The notes under the pieces are model-generated. The model made no database searches. It saw only the letters and a program-made list of their open reading frames with translations, and was not told where the DNA came from. 64,000 bases of DNA from an uncultured Candidatus Rokubacteria bacterium. GTDB lineage: Bacteria > Methylomirabilota > Methylomirabilia > Rokubacteriales > DASRDR01. The stretch is from contig CAWDVE010000010.1 of assembly GCA_963805625.1 (NCBI GenBank), forward strand, positions 2,132,582-2,196,581. The letters are read 5' to 3'. Both the position numbers and the translations under genes were made by a program. Of the stretch, positions 19,562-29,486 are shown piece by piece (position 1 is the stretch's first letter; every line of letters starts with the position of its first letter).

Positions 19562-20801
19562 GTGCGACGTGGATGCTGTTTCCGTCAGGCCAGGTTTCAG
19601 GCTACGCGTGAAACGAAGACGCGAGTCCGATCCCGACCGGTTGCGGGATCGGGCGCCAGGCTCGACCGCATCCTCGTCCTCTCCGCCTCCGCCGGGGCGG
19701 GTCACGTCCGCGCGGCCCAGGCGCTCGAGCACGCCCTGGTCGCCACCGGCCGGGTGCGCGAGGTCCGCCACGTCGACATCCTCCAGTACACGAGCAAGCT
19801 CTTCCGCCGGGTCTACACGGAGGCCTACCTCGACCTCGTCAACCGCGCCCCCGAGGTGCTCGGCTGGCTCTACGACTACTTCGACGTCCCCTGGAAGCAC
19901 GAGCGCCTGCGCCTGGCGCTCGACAAGCTGAACACGACGCGGTTCGTCCGCCTCCTCGAGCGCGAGCGGCCGGACTGGGTGGTCTCGACCCACTTCCTGC
20001 CCGCCGAGATCATTGGCTGGCTGCGATCGAAGGGGCGGCTCACCACCCGGCAGGCGATCGTGGTGACCGACTTCGACGTCCAGGGGATGTGGCTCACCCG
20101 CCACGTCGACCGCTACTTCGTCGCCCTCGACGAGACGCGCGCCCACCTGGAGCGCCTCGGCGTCCCAGCGGCCACGATCACGGTGTCGGGGATCCCGATC
20201 GATCCCGTGTTCGGGGTCCCCAAGGACGCTCGCGCCATGCGCGTGAAGCACGGCCTCGCGCCGGACCGGACCACGATCCTGGTGTCGGCCGGCGGCTTCG
20301 GGGTCGGCCCTGTCGAAGCCCTGATCCACATGCTCCTCGAGCTCCAGCATCCGAGCCAGCTCGTGGTGATCTGCGGCCGGAGCGAGGCGCTCAAGCGGCG
20401 GCTCGACGAGCTCGCCGGCGGCCCGGCCGCCGCACGTGAGCCCCGCGTTGCACGTGGTGGGCTATACGACCGAGATGGACGAGTACATGGCCGCGGCGGA
20501 CCTCCTGGTGGGCAAGCCCGGGGGGCTCACGAGCTCCGAAGCCCTGGCGCGCGGCCTCGCGCTCGTGATCGTCCATCCCATCCCCGGCCAGGAGGAGCGG
20601 AACGCCGACCATCTCCTCGAGGCCGGCGTGGCAATCCGCTGCAACAATCTGCCCGTGCTCGCCTACAAGATCGATCGGCTGCTCGCGGATCCCGCTCGCC
20701 TCGCGGCCATGCGGGCGAATGCCCGGCGCCTGGCCCGGCCGCACGCGGCGCGGGAGATCGCGGCGGTGTTGGTCGGCACCCAGGCCGGCGTCAATGGGTA
20801 G
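19562..20801 (+). CDS. MGDG synthase/UgtP-like glycosyltransferase (GT28-type); frameshift near 20435; start uncertain
   Basis: SAGAGHVRAA, STHF, VTDF, GIPI, KPGGLTSSE, PIPGQEERNA. Confidence 0.87.
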
Positions 20802-20933
20802 CCGCGATATCACTCTGGACTGAAGGTCCGGATCCCCGGAAGCCGGACGCGCACTTGATGCTGCGCGGCGACGCCCTTCCGATCGGGAGGGTGGGACTCA
20901 ACGATCCAAGGCGCCGCGCAGGAATGCCCTCCC

Positions 20934-21113
20934 CTACCTCGGTGAGGGACCGCGGCGGCCTCGTCCGAGCAGCCCGATCAGCCCCGCCGTCGCGACGGCG
21001 ACGACCGCGCTGACAGTGATCGTGCCAAGCCACCAGTAGCATAGAAAGAAGAGCAAGGCGCCGGCCAGTAGCCCGACGCCCGACCCGGCAAGAAAAGGGG
21101 ACCACGTCCGCAT
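20934..21113 (-). CDS. Small two-TM membrane protein (59 aa)
   Basis: MRTWSPFLAGSGVGLLAGALLFFLCYWWLGTITVSAVVAVATAGLIGLLG..; GGAG upstream. Confidence 0.5.
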   Translation of the reverse strand: MRTWSPFLAGSGVGLLAGALLFFLCYWWLGTITVSAVVAVATAGLIGLLGRGRRGPSPR

Positions 21114-21133
21114 CGCGACGCGAGCTCTCCGTC

Positions 21134-21600
21134 TCAGCGATCGGTCAGCCTCTTGATCTCGTCGGAGGCGAATAGGGCGTCGAGCAGCTTGTTCGCGCCG
21201 TCCTCAACCGCCTTCGAGGCGGACTTGGACGGGTTCTCGGCGAAGTCAAAGCCCGCACTGCCCTTCACGTCTCCGCTGCCCTCCACGGTCTTGACGAGGA
21301 TCACCTTTGCATCCCGCCACTCCCGTTCAAAGGCCGCGATCAAGCGCGTCCGCTCCAGCTCGAAGACGGAGGCCGGGATGACGATGACGTCCACGCCAGC
21401 CGTGCGGCTCAGGGGCGGCATGGGCCACGACCGGTGCGTGAAGACGTCGCCGGAGAGTTTCACCGATCCGAGGAACAGAAAGTACACGAGGAGCACGACC
21501 ACGGCGATGCCGTTCGACCAGAACGGCGCGGCCGTCCACAGCGCGCGAACATACTCGGTCGGCCTCGTCGCCCTCCGGGGCGGCGGCGCAACCCTCCCGA
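21134..21600 (-). CDS. Hypothetical membrane-anchored protein or fragment; start not resolved
   Basis: TM segment GIAVVVLLVYFLFLG followed by protein-like sequence at the 3' end of ORF 21134-22192. Confidence 0.35.
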
Positions 21601-21859
21601 GATTCCGTCCGTCCCTCACTCCTCCCCTCCGACCCAGCAACCGCACACAACAGGTGGGGCCCCGCGCGCGCCGCAGCCTCCCTCTCCCCGGCGCATAGCT
21701 TGTACCGCGGGGGTAGGCCAGCACAAGCTTCGCGGCCGACCTGGCCACGCACCAGAGCCGGGCAATGCACCCTCGATCCGCGGGGGACAAGGCCCCGCGC
21801 CTCGCGTCCTGCGTCTCAGGCTGATGGGCCAACAGGTTCGTGTGTCGCGCCTGGTGGAC

Positions 21860-22225
21860 ACAGCGGCTCGGGTCGGCGCAGTCGACCGCCGGCTCGGCGT
21901 GCACGACGACGTGCGCGCCCGGCATCGTCGCCGCGATCTCCTGCGCGATGTGGTCCACGAAGTCGTGGGCCTCTCCGAGTGGCAGATGCCGGCACGCCAC
22001 GTTCGTGGACTCCACGTGGGGCTGAGAGCCGGCCCGCCCGTTTGCAGGTCGTGGTGCTCGACGACAAACCGGTGACGGTGGATCACCCCTCGATCGCCCC
22101 GCTGCTCGACCTCGGGTAGGACCGCGTTCATCAGATCGTTGATCGAGCGCACGAGGAACCGGTATGCCGAGCACGACGATGACGCCGGCCACGACGATTC
22201 CGATGCACGCGTCGAGGCCTGATCA
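21860..22225 (-). pseudogene. Cation diffusion facilitator (FieF-like) C-terminal remnant
   Basis: LDACIGIVVAGVIV, RSINDLM, HDLQT and LPLGEAHDFVDHI..PGAHVVVHAEP spread over shifted frames. Confidence 0.65.
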
Positions 22226-22549
22226 GGGCGCCGGCAGGCGCTCCCCCGCGGGATCCCCGAGGGCCCGAGACCAGGCCCTCTGTGGACGGTCAGCCCTGCG
22301 GAAACGCGACCACAGGACGGGCCGGTCGAGGTGTCGCGCGCTCGATTGGGATCGCGCTCTGGTCATGGAGAGGCCTAACCGTGACAACACGGACTGCCAG
22401 CTTGTCCGGTCGCGAGACCAAGATGGCACTGTCGTTCTTGTTGCCGCACACTGCCAAACCGAGATCGCCTGTGTCGCTTTCGCCCGGAGAATCAAACGCT
22501 TGCGTGAGGTCCACCGCCTGGACCGAATGGGAACGGGGTTACTGGCTTC

Positions 22550-22565
22550 TGGCACAGAACCTGCT
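22550..22565 (+). promoter_or_regulatory. Sigma54 promoter upstream of the M11-like protease
   Basis: TGGCACA-GAAC-CTGCT, close to the TGGCAC-N5-TTGC consensus. Confidence 0.65.
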
Positions 22566-22736
22566 CAATGGCCAAGCGACCGACCGAGCGCAGGAAGATC
22601 GTCTCCGACCAACACGCTAGCTGAGGACGAACGGAACTTCGGACCAGGGCCAATCCTCACGTGAGGGCCATGCGACCGAAGGGAACGAGCTGGCAGGCTC
22701 GGAGTCGAAGGCGGTCTTCCGCGAGGGAGACTGCCC

Positions 22737-24632
22737 ATGAGTGCGGCGTGCGTATTCGCGCGACGGAGTTCCTCATCCCGCCGGCAGTTTCCGCGCTTCA
22801 TCCTCGGCCTTCTCATCTTTGAGCTGGCGCTCTCGGTCAATGGGGGCCTTGCCCTTGCTCATGGCCCCTCACCTTCTGGACCCAACCCGACCGCGGATAG
22901 TCTCACCAACACGCTGCTCGCCCTGAGTGCGCAGCATCGACAGGCAAGCCCCGCCCACAAGGCCCAGATCGAGAGCCAGCTCCTCGCCACCGCGACCGCC
23001 CGCTATCAGTTCCTGGCGTCGCTGATCGAGGACGACCCGGGCGAGGTGTTGCGGGTCGCCTTGCCCGCCGCTCTCCGGGCCGCGCTGCCACCCGCGGTCA
23101 GAGCTTATGTCGAGGAAGAGGTAGAGGCCGAGGGGACCCTGGAAGTTCTGCATGCGCACCAGGACGGCGGCAGCCGCTATCTCTACTTCCTCGACACCGC
23201 CGCCGAGCGGCTGTCGCTCCACTTCGCGGCCGATCCACCGGAGCTCCAGACCGGCTCTCGGGTGCGGGCCAGGGGTATGCACGTCAGGGGAGCGCTCGCG
23301 CTCGGCTCTGGCAAGGGCAACGTCACGACGGTCTCCCCGGCTGTCTCGAGCACCCGGGGGGAGCAGCGCACCCTTGTGATCCTCGTCAACTTCTCGGACG
23401 ACCCCACGGAGCCCTACACGCTCGACGAGGCGCGGAGCGTTGTGTTCGCCACAACGAGCCAGTTCTTCCTGGAAAACTCGTTCGAGCAGACGTGGCTCAC
23501 GGGCGACGTCGTGGGCTGGTACACCATCCCGCTCAGCGTGACCGTCTGCGACTCTTCCACACTCGCCTCCCAGGCCAAATCGGCCGCCTCCACGGCCGGT
23601 GTCGACCTAACCGCGTATACGCGGTATGTCTACGCCTACTCCAACGCCTGTGGAGGGTTGGGGCTCGGGACGGTGGGCGGCAATCCCTCCCAAGCCTGGA
23701 TCAACGGGAGCCTTGATCTTAGCGTGCTCGCCCACGAGCTCGGCCACAACCTGGGGCTCTACCACTCGCATGCGATGGACTGCGGAAACCAAGTGCTCGG
23801 TCCGAGCTGCACCATCTACGAGTACGGCGACAGGTTCGATGCCATGGGCAACATTGCCGCCGGCCACTTCAACGCCTTCCACAAGGAGCGTCTTGGCTGG
23901 CTGAACGCCGAAGCCTCACCCCAGATCACGACGGTCCTGGCCGGGGGCACGTACACGCTCGAGGCCTACGAGCGCGCTGGCTCGGGGCCGAACGCGCTCA
24001 AGATCCTGAGATCAACGGACCCGAGCACCGGGAAGCGGACCTGGTACTACGTCGAGTCCCGCCAGGCCATCGGCTTCGACGGATTCCTGGCCGAGAACGC
24101 GAACGTCGTGAACGGGGTTCTCATCCACACCGGGTCCGAGTCGAGCGCCGACAGCAGCTACCTCCTGGACATGACCCCCGCGAGCGGGAGCTTGGTTGTC
24201 TATGACTGGCGGGACCCCGCGCTCGGGGTGGGCCAGAGTTTTTACGACCCGGAGTCGGGCGTCACTCTAACGACGGACTGGGTAACGGGGACCGAAGCGG
24301 CGGTGACGGTGCGCTTCGACACACCGGTCGTGACTGCAGAGTCTATGACGATCTCAACGGATCAGGCGAGCTACACGGTGGGGCAGTCCGTCTCCATCAC
24401 GGCAACGGTGCGGTCCGGGGACTCACCTGTCCCGAATGCCAACGTGACGTTCACGGTCACCAAATCGTCGGGAACCGTAACCACGGGAAACGCGACCACC
24501 GGATCCAATGGCAAGGCTGTGTACAAAATGCGGCTGAAGAGGCAAGATCCGGTCGGAATCTATCAGGCAGGTGCCGCAGCCTCGAAGGACGGCCAGTCGG
24601 CAAGTGCCATCACCAGCTTCGCGGTGCAGTAG
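22737..24632 (+). CDS. Secreted metzincin metallopeptidase (M11 gametolysin/M6-like) with C-terminal Ig-like domain
   Basis: Signal peptide (..LALA), TLVILVNF, HELGHNLGLYH, YGDRFDAMG Met-turn, KERLGW. Confidence 0.87.
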   Translation: MSAACVFARRSSSSRRQFPRFILGLLIFELALSVNGGLALAHGPSPSGPNPTADSLTNTLLALSAQHRQASPAHKAQIESQLLATATARYQFLASLIEDDPGEVLRVALPAALRAALPPAVRAYVEEEVEAEGTLEVLHAHQDGGSRYLYFLDTAAERLSLHFAADPPELQTGSRVRARGMHVRGALALGSGKGNVTTVSPAVSSTRGEQRTLVILVNFSDDPTEPYTLDEARSVVFATTSQFFLENSFEQTWLTGDVVGWYTIPLSVTVCDSSTLASQAKSAASTAGVDLTAYTRYVYAYSNACGGLGLGTVGGNPSQAWINGSLDLSVLAHELGHNLGLYHSHAMDCGNQVLGPSCTIYEYGDRFDAMGNIAAGHFNAFHKERLGWLNAEASPQITTVLAGGTYTLEAYERAGSGPNALKILRSTDPSTGKRTWYYVESRQAIGFDGFLAENANVVNGVLIHTGSESSADSSYLLDMTPASGSLVVYDWRDPALGVGQSFYDPESGVTLTTDWVTGTEAAVTVRFDTPVVTAESMTISTDQASYTVGQSVSITATVRSGDSPVPNANVTFTVTKSSGTVTTGNATTGSNGKAVYKMRLKRQDPVGIYQAGAAASKDGQSASAITSFAVQ

Positions 24633-24769
24633 CGGTAACCTCGCTCAGGCGCACGAAGCTCCTGAACGGGCAGCGCTCTCCCGCTAAGGCAGGGCTCGAA
24701 GGCCCTCGGCCTCGGCTCCCGCAGCGTGTCAGAACAAGCCTTCGCCTGGGAGCCCGGCTCAAGTTTGTC

Positions 24770-26104
24770 CTAATCCCCCGCCTTCGCACGCTCGAGCTGT
24801 CGCTGCAACACGCTGGCGAACTGCTCGGTGGGACGTGCGCCAACCAGGATGAAGGGCGTCTCGCCGCGAAACAGGACGAATGTGGGGACCGTCCTGACGC
24901 CGATGCCCTGCCCGTCGTACAGATCGCGAAGCACGCGCTCCAGGGCCTGCCGGCTTGCCAAGCAGGCGGCGAACCGGGCCTTGTCGAGGCCGAGACTCGC
25001 GGCGATTTCTGTCAGCGCCGTATCCGGATCCTCGCCATTTGACCACTGCTCCATCCGCTCGAACAGCAGGTGATGCATGGGCCAGAACTTGCCTTGATCG
25101 CCAGCACATTTTGCGGCGCTGGCCGCCGCCGGGGCACGGTTGTGGATCCCCCCCAGGGGGAACTGCTTGACGACCCATCGAATCTGTCCCGTCTCGATAA
25201 AGCGCTTGGCCAGTTCGGGTTGGGTCGTCAACTCGTGGCGTTGGCACGGGGGGCACTGAAAATCCACGAACTCCACCATCACCATCTTGGCGTCCGGACT
25301 ACCCTTGTATGGATCCCCGGCGACCGTGAAGCCCGGGCGCTTCGGATCGGGCGCCAGGCCCTCCGGCTTGGCCCAGAATGGCAACTCGACCTTCTGGGCC
25401 GGCTGGGCCTCTTCCGTCTTGGGCGGCTCCTTGCCGGCCAGCAGGTCGTCGATCCATCGCGTGAAGACGTCGACGGGCTGGGCCCCGACCAGCGTGTAGG
25501 TCTTACCGCTCGGTCGGTGAACGAACTGGAAGGTGGGCGTCCCGTTGAAGCCCAGGGCCTGCCCCGCCGCCACACTCTGTTGCACGAGGGCCTCATGGCG
25601 GCCCGAGGCCACACACTGCTCGTACGCGGTCATGTCGGCACCGGCCTTCTGGGCGACCTTGGCTAGGAAGGGCCGGGGATCGGGCAGCCGGTTCCACTCC
25701 TGCTGGGTTTGAAACAGCACATCGTGCATCTGCCAGTACCGACTCGCCCCCTGCTCGCCCACACACCGAGCGGCCACGTGGCCTCTCGGCGCCATGGGAT
25801 GCAGGCCAACGAGCGGAAGATCGCGAAGCACGAACTGCACCTGCCCCGGCCGGACATACTTTTCCAGGAGAGCCGGCAAGGTCTCGCGGGCGTACCGCTC
25901 GCAGAACGGACAAAGATAGTCGGTGTACTCCACCAGGGTCAGTGGGGCGTCCGGATTCCCCCGAAAAGGATACCCGTCGGAAGTGAAACCAACAGGCATC
26001 CCCTGATAGGTCTCCAGGACCGCGGCGTGCGCGGCACTGCTCCCAATGAACCAGACAGCCGCGAGCGAGAGCCAGAGCCAGCGTCTCCAATGTCTCGAAT
26101 TCAT
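24770..26104 (-). CDS. Exported DsbA-family protein with two thioredoxin domains
   Basis: Signal peptide ..AAHA; DYLCPFC..GTPTF and DFQCPPC..TVPTF. Confidence 0.9.
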   Translation of the reverse strand: MNSRHWRRWLWLSLAAVWFIGSSAAHAAVLETYQGMPVGFTSDGYPFRGNPDAPLTLVEYTDYLCPFCERYARETLPALLEKYVRPGQVQFVLRDLPLVGLHPMAPRGHVAARCVGEQGASRYWQMHDVLFQTQQEWNRLPDPRPFLAKVAQKAGADMTAYEQCVASGRHEALVQQSVAAGQALGFNGTPTFQFVHRPSGKTYTLVGAQPVDVFTRWIDDLLAGKEPPKTEEAQPAQKVELPFWAKPEGLAPDPKRPGFTVAGDPYKGSPDAKMVMVEFVDFQCPPCQRHELTTQPELAKRFIETGQIRWVVKQFPLGGIHNRAPAAASAAKCAGDQGKFWPMHHLLFERMEQWSNGEDPDTALTEIAASLGLDKARFAACLASRQALERVLRDLYDGQGIGVRTVPTFVLFRGETPFILVGARPTEQFASVLQRQLERAKAGD

Positions 26105-26191
26105 GGTCTCCTCATAGGTTAGCCGTTACCACGGCCAACCTCATCGCCACTGCTCGTCCAGGTCATGTCCTGGACGTCGAACAGCCCTCCC

Positions 26192-26222
26192 GCTAGCCCG
26201 GCGTCTCGGACGCCGGGCTAGC
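26192..26222. terminator. Stable hairpin between the secreted-protein gene and the DsbA gene
   Basis: GCTAGCCCGGCGTC-TCG-GACGCCGGGCTAGC, 14-bp perfect stem; no U-tract. Confidence 0.55.
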
Positions 26223-26320
26223 CCGGGAGGCGTCATGGACTTGACGCACCAACGCGCGACCGGGTCGGCACGCCCGCGTTGCGGAGCGCGCCGCCCGGTC
26301 GCCGGATCGCGACGGCTCGA

Positions 26321-27880
26321 CTACGGGATCGTCGTGGTCACAGTTACCGAGGCGCTACCGGACGGTGAGGACTGCACACCGTCATCATCCGTCACGCCGC
26401 CCGTCACCCTGTCCGTGTGCGTGAAGCTGCACGACGTACTGACGATTTTTCCCACGAACTGACAGGTGTAGTTGCCACTCTGTGCGATGGTAGCCGGCAG
26501 CGTTCCCGGCCCCGGCGAGGCCTGGCCACAGCTCGTGCTCACCACCTGTTCGCACGTGGCCAACACTCCGCAGTCGGTATTGGCCGCGTGCGTCGCTGCG
26601 ATGTTGCCGAACTTGTTGTCAGTGAGCGTACTCAGCGTCAGTGTATCAATTGCCGACTGGTTGCTCACCACGACCTGATACGTCGCGTCCAGCTGGCAAT
26701 TGGCAGCAGACTGCGCTGTCTTGGCCAAGGTCGGTGTCGCAGACACGTTCTCGATCCCTACGTCCGCGTCGTCGTCATCGCACACTGCGGCGTTGTTGGG
26801 AGTCTGCGTTCCACAGACCTCGACCGTGTCGGTGACCGTCGTACCGAAATCCCCCGACACGAATGCCTGGAACTTACACGTAGCGCTGCCGCTCGGAGCG
26901 AGCACGACACCGATCAGGTCGGGGCAGCTGAAGTTTGAATCGAAGGTGCAGGCATCAGGCGTCGTAGCGTTCGGCTCACCTACCCCGCACGCCGAAATCG
27001 CGCCCAGGTCACCGTACAGATCGTCCTGGATGCTGCTGATGGTCACGGACTCGACCAACGAGTCGTTGGTCACCTGGACGGTGTAGGTCACCGCGCCGCC
27101 CGTCTCGGGCACGGTGGCCGGCGACGCACTCTTCACCACTGTGATTTCCGCCTCCTCGACGGTGACCGGGACCTGGAAGGTGTCATCACAAACGCACTTC
27201 GACTTCGTGTCCGGGGCGAAGGACGGGGTAGGGGCATTCGCGTTGATGGTAGCGTTTATGCTGCAAACCGTGCCCTGATTGCTGTGCCAACTGGTGCAGT
27301 TGGGCAGGTTCAGGAAGCCATCGCCGTCGGAGTCCTGGCATAGGACGTTGGGGATCGTGAAGGTCAGACCAGGCGGATTGCCGTCCACAGGATCGGGGTA
27401 CGTGCCGGCATTGAGGTCGCCGCAGGTATCACCATCCAGCTGCAGTACGGGCGAGTTAGTAGGGGGAGGAGCCGCAAGCCTGCTGAGCGAACATGTCCCC
27501 AGCCTGGCATTGGCACCGCCCGCGGTGTTGAAGAAAAAGGCGGCGTCATACCGGGCGTTGGCAGTCACGATCGTCTCGAACGTCGCCGTCAGGGTGAAGT
27601 GTGTGCCCGAGGTGCAGGTGTTAGGCGACACACTGAGCGCGCGGGAAAGCCTGATGTCGTTGGCCGTACAGTTGAGTTTATCCGAGTTCGGGACCGGCTC
27701 AGCGGTGTGCCCCGAGAAGACCGTCTGCATGCAGACCGTGTCGGGTGTCGTCTGACCGCTGACCGCCGACGCCGGCTGGGCCATCAGGAGAAGCCCGCTC
27801 ACCGCCAGGACCCCGAGCAGAATGGGGAGCAGTCTCGTGGGCAGGTGTGAGAGTTTAGTTCGACATGCGCCTGCTTTCAT
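26321..27880 (-). CDS. Secreted Cys/Thr-rich protein with two Ig-like (DUF11-like) repeats; surface protein or adhesin candidate
   Basis: Signal peptide ..QPASA; many Cys; repeated KxA..TYxVxVxN..(I/L)xD..(Y/F)G pattern. Confidence 0.8.
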   Translation of the reverse strand: MKAGACRTKLSHLPTRLLPILLGVLAVSGLLLMAQPASAVSGQTTPDTVCMQTVFSGHTAEPVPNSDKLNCTANDIRLSRALSVSPNTCTSGTHFTLTATFETIVTANARYDAAFFFNTAGGANARLGTCSLSRLAAPPPTNSPVLQLDGDTCGDLNAGTYPDPVDGNPPGLTFTIPNVLCQDSDGDGFLNLPNCTSWHSNQGTVCSINATINANAPTPSFAPDTKSKCVCDDTFQVPVTVEEAEITVVKSASPATVPETGGAVTYTVQVTNDSLVESVTISSIQDDLYGDLGAISACGVGEPNATTPDACTFDSNFSCPDLIGVVLAPSGSATCKFQAFVSGDFGTTVTDTVEVCGTQTPNNAAVCDDDDADVGIENVSATPTLAKTAQSAANCQLDATYQVVVSNQSAIDTLTLSTLTDNKFGNIAATHAANTDCGVLATCEQVVSTSCGQASPGPGTLPATIAQSGNYTCQFVGKIVSTSCSFTHTDRVTGGVTDDDGVQSSPSGSASVTVTTTIP

Positions 27881-28148
27881 CTCTAGCCCCTCACGCGGGT
27901 GTGAGCTTTCGCCATTCGACTCTCACACCGCTTCGGCGCTCGCTGGCGCTCGGGGTTGGGCCTCTCGGTGGGCCTCTGGGCGGCTCTCGGGGAGCTCTGG
28001 GATGCCCTCAGCGGGGCTTTCGTAGCTACGCGGGTGAGAGCCCGGTGAGCCTCCTTCCGGTGCGAGCTGTTCCGCAGTTGCGTCAAATGAACACGTCGGT
28101 CCGGCGGCCGGGTGCAACGGCTCATGGAAGCGCCGCGGCGGTCACGCT

Positions 28149-28901
28149 CTAACCCACATCACGGCATTCGACCGTCCTCGCCGGTTGGGCGCCGGGCCCT
28201 CCAGGGCGCTGCTCCGCGGCCGTGGCATCCCTGCGCGACGTCTGACCCATCATGCTCGCCAGGGCCTCTTGGAATGACACGGGGCCCAGCGAACCCCCGT
28301 TCTCCGTTATGGAGAGCCGTCGGCGCTCCGTCGACTTGCTGCCGATCTTCGCTCCCGGTCTCGACGCTCCGGACGCGGCGGAGGAGCGCGAAGCCCCCGC
28401 AGCGTACGCGAGCGGCGCTCGCCGCGCCCGCTGTTCGGGCGATGCCCTCAAGCTCGTGCGGGAACCTGACGCGAGGAGGGCCTGCCGAACGCGGTGCGCC
28501 AGGAACCGGGCGGTTTGCGGAGACACCCCCAGCCGCCGGTCGAGCGTGGCGCCGCTGAGGCCATTGTGAGACCGACAGAGATGCGCGATCGCCAGAAGCC
28601 ACTTGTTGAGCGAGACGTGACTGCTCTCGAACGCGGTCCCGACGGTCACGGTGAACTGGCGGCGACACGCCTTGCACTTCAGGACCCCGGCGCGCGCCGG
28701 CCGAACTGAAGCGTCCTTGGCCTGCAACCGATAGGCTCCAGCGGAGCCACAGTGCGGGCAGACGGGTCCCCCCGGCCATCGCACCTGCTCGAGGAACGCC
28801 CGGGCAACGTCTTCCGGAAGGAACGCCGCCGACGAAGCCGCAAGACCCCTGGGATCCAGCATCCTTGTACGCGCCAAACGTCTGGCTAACGCTCGGGCCA
28901 A
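28149..28901 (-). CDS. IS1595-family transposase N-terminal zinc ribbon plus HTH, without DDE domain
   Basis: VRWPGGPVCPHCGS..KCKACRRQFTVTVGTAFESSHVSLNKW..LGVSPQTARFLAHRVR; no catalytic domain follows. Confidence 0.75.
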   Translation of the reverse strand: MARALARRLARTRMLDPRGLAASSAAFLPEDVARAFLEQVRWPGGPVCPHCGSAGAYRLQAKDASVRPARAGVLKCKACRRQFTVTVGTAFESSHVSLNKWLLAIAHLCRSHNGLSGATLDRRLGVSPQTARFLAHRVRQALLASGSRTSLRASPEQRARRAPLAYAAGASRSSAASGASRPGAKIGSKSTERRRLSITENGGSLGPVSFQEALASMMGQTSRRDATAAEQRPGGPGAQPARTVECRDVG

Positions 28902-28974
28902 CCGCCTGCACCATCGCGGAGACCCGCGGTCGCCGGAGGGCGGGGAATCGACGGACAGACGCCTGCTTCGGTGC

Positions 28975-29253
28975 TCACGGCACTGCGCTCCGGAGCCCGC
29001 GACCCTTCTCCGCGCCGCTCAGGGCGCTCGGAAGAGCCGCGCGGGCTGGAACTGGCCGAGTGGCCTCGATCGAGCTCGGTCGGGGCATGCTCTCAGCTGC
29101 GGGCCGAATGATCTCGAGGTGCGGCCGTCCGCACTTCGGGCACTTCAACTCCAGGATGACCTGTCCCGCCTGGAGCTCGTTGACGAAATCGCCGAGCCGG
29201 CGGTTACACTCCCTGCAACGGACCTGCGTCTGGGTCGCCGCGCCCACGGTCAC
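28975..29253 (-). CDS. Mu Com-like zinc-finger protein
   Basis: VRCRECNRRLG..LELKCPKCG matches the Com family pattern; GGAG upstream. Confidence 0.72.
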   Translation of the reverse strand: MTVGAATQTQVRCRECNRRLGDFVNELQAGQVILELKCPKCGRPHLEIIRPAAESMPRPSSIEATRPVPARAALPSALSGAEKGRGLRSAVP

Positions 29254-29470
29254 CGCTCCACTCCGTCTACATGCGAGTGGCGCCCCTTACTCTGAGCACG
29301 GCGACCGCAAGCCCACAGCAACGCTGGTGTTTCGGTCTCACGGTCACCAGTGACGCGCCGACAGGGAGGCAGTTGGTAACTGGCCTGGGGCTGAGTGTCA
29401 ACACCCTTGACACAGCTCGCCACACTCGGTCTCACCGTTACGTTACTCCGTGAGACCAGGATGGTTCCGG

Positions 29471-29486
29471 TGCAAGCCGAAGGCCT
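29471..29486 (-). promoter_or_regulatory. Possible sigma54 promoter for the Com-like gene leader
   Basis: Minus strand AGGCCTT-CGGC-TTGCA (GG-N10-GC); the implied start lies at the edge of the hairpin-rich leader. Confidence 0.4.

Noticed and set aside
22424-22440. TGGCACTGTCGTTCT as a second sigma54 promoter
   Set aside because: It lacks the conserved GC at -12
28061-28077. Sigma54 promoter for the secreted-protein leader
   Set aside because: A -12-like TCGCA is present but GG is not at the N10 spacing; kept only as part of a shared 13-mer
28149-28901. Active IS1595 element
   Set aside because: No DDE domain, terminal inverted repeats or target duplication were found
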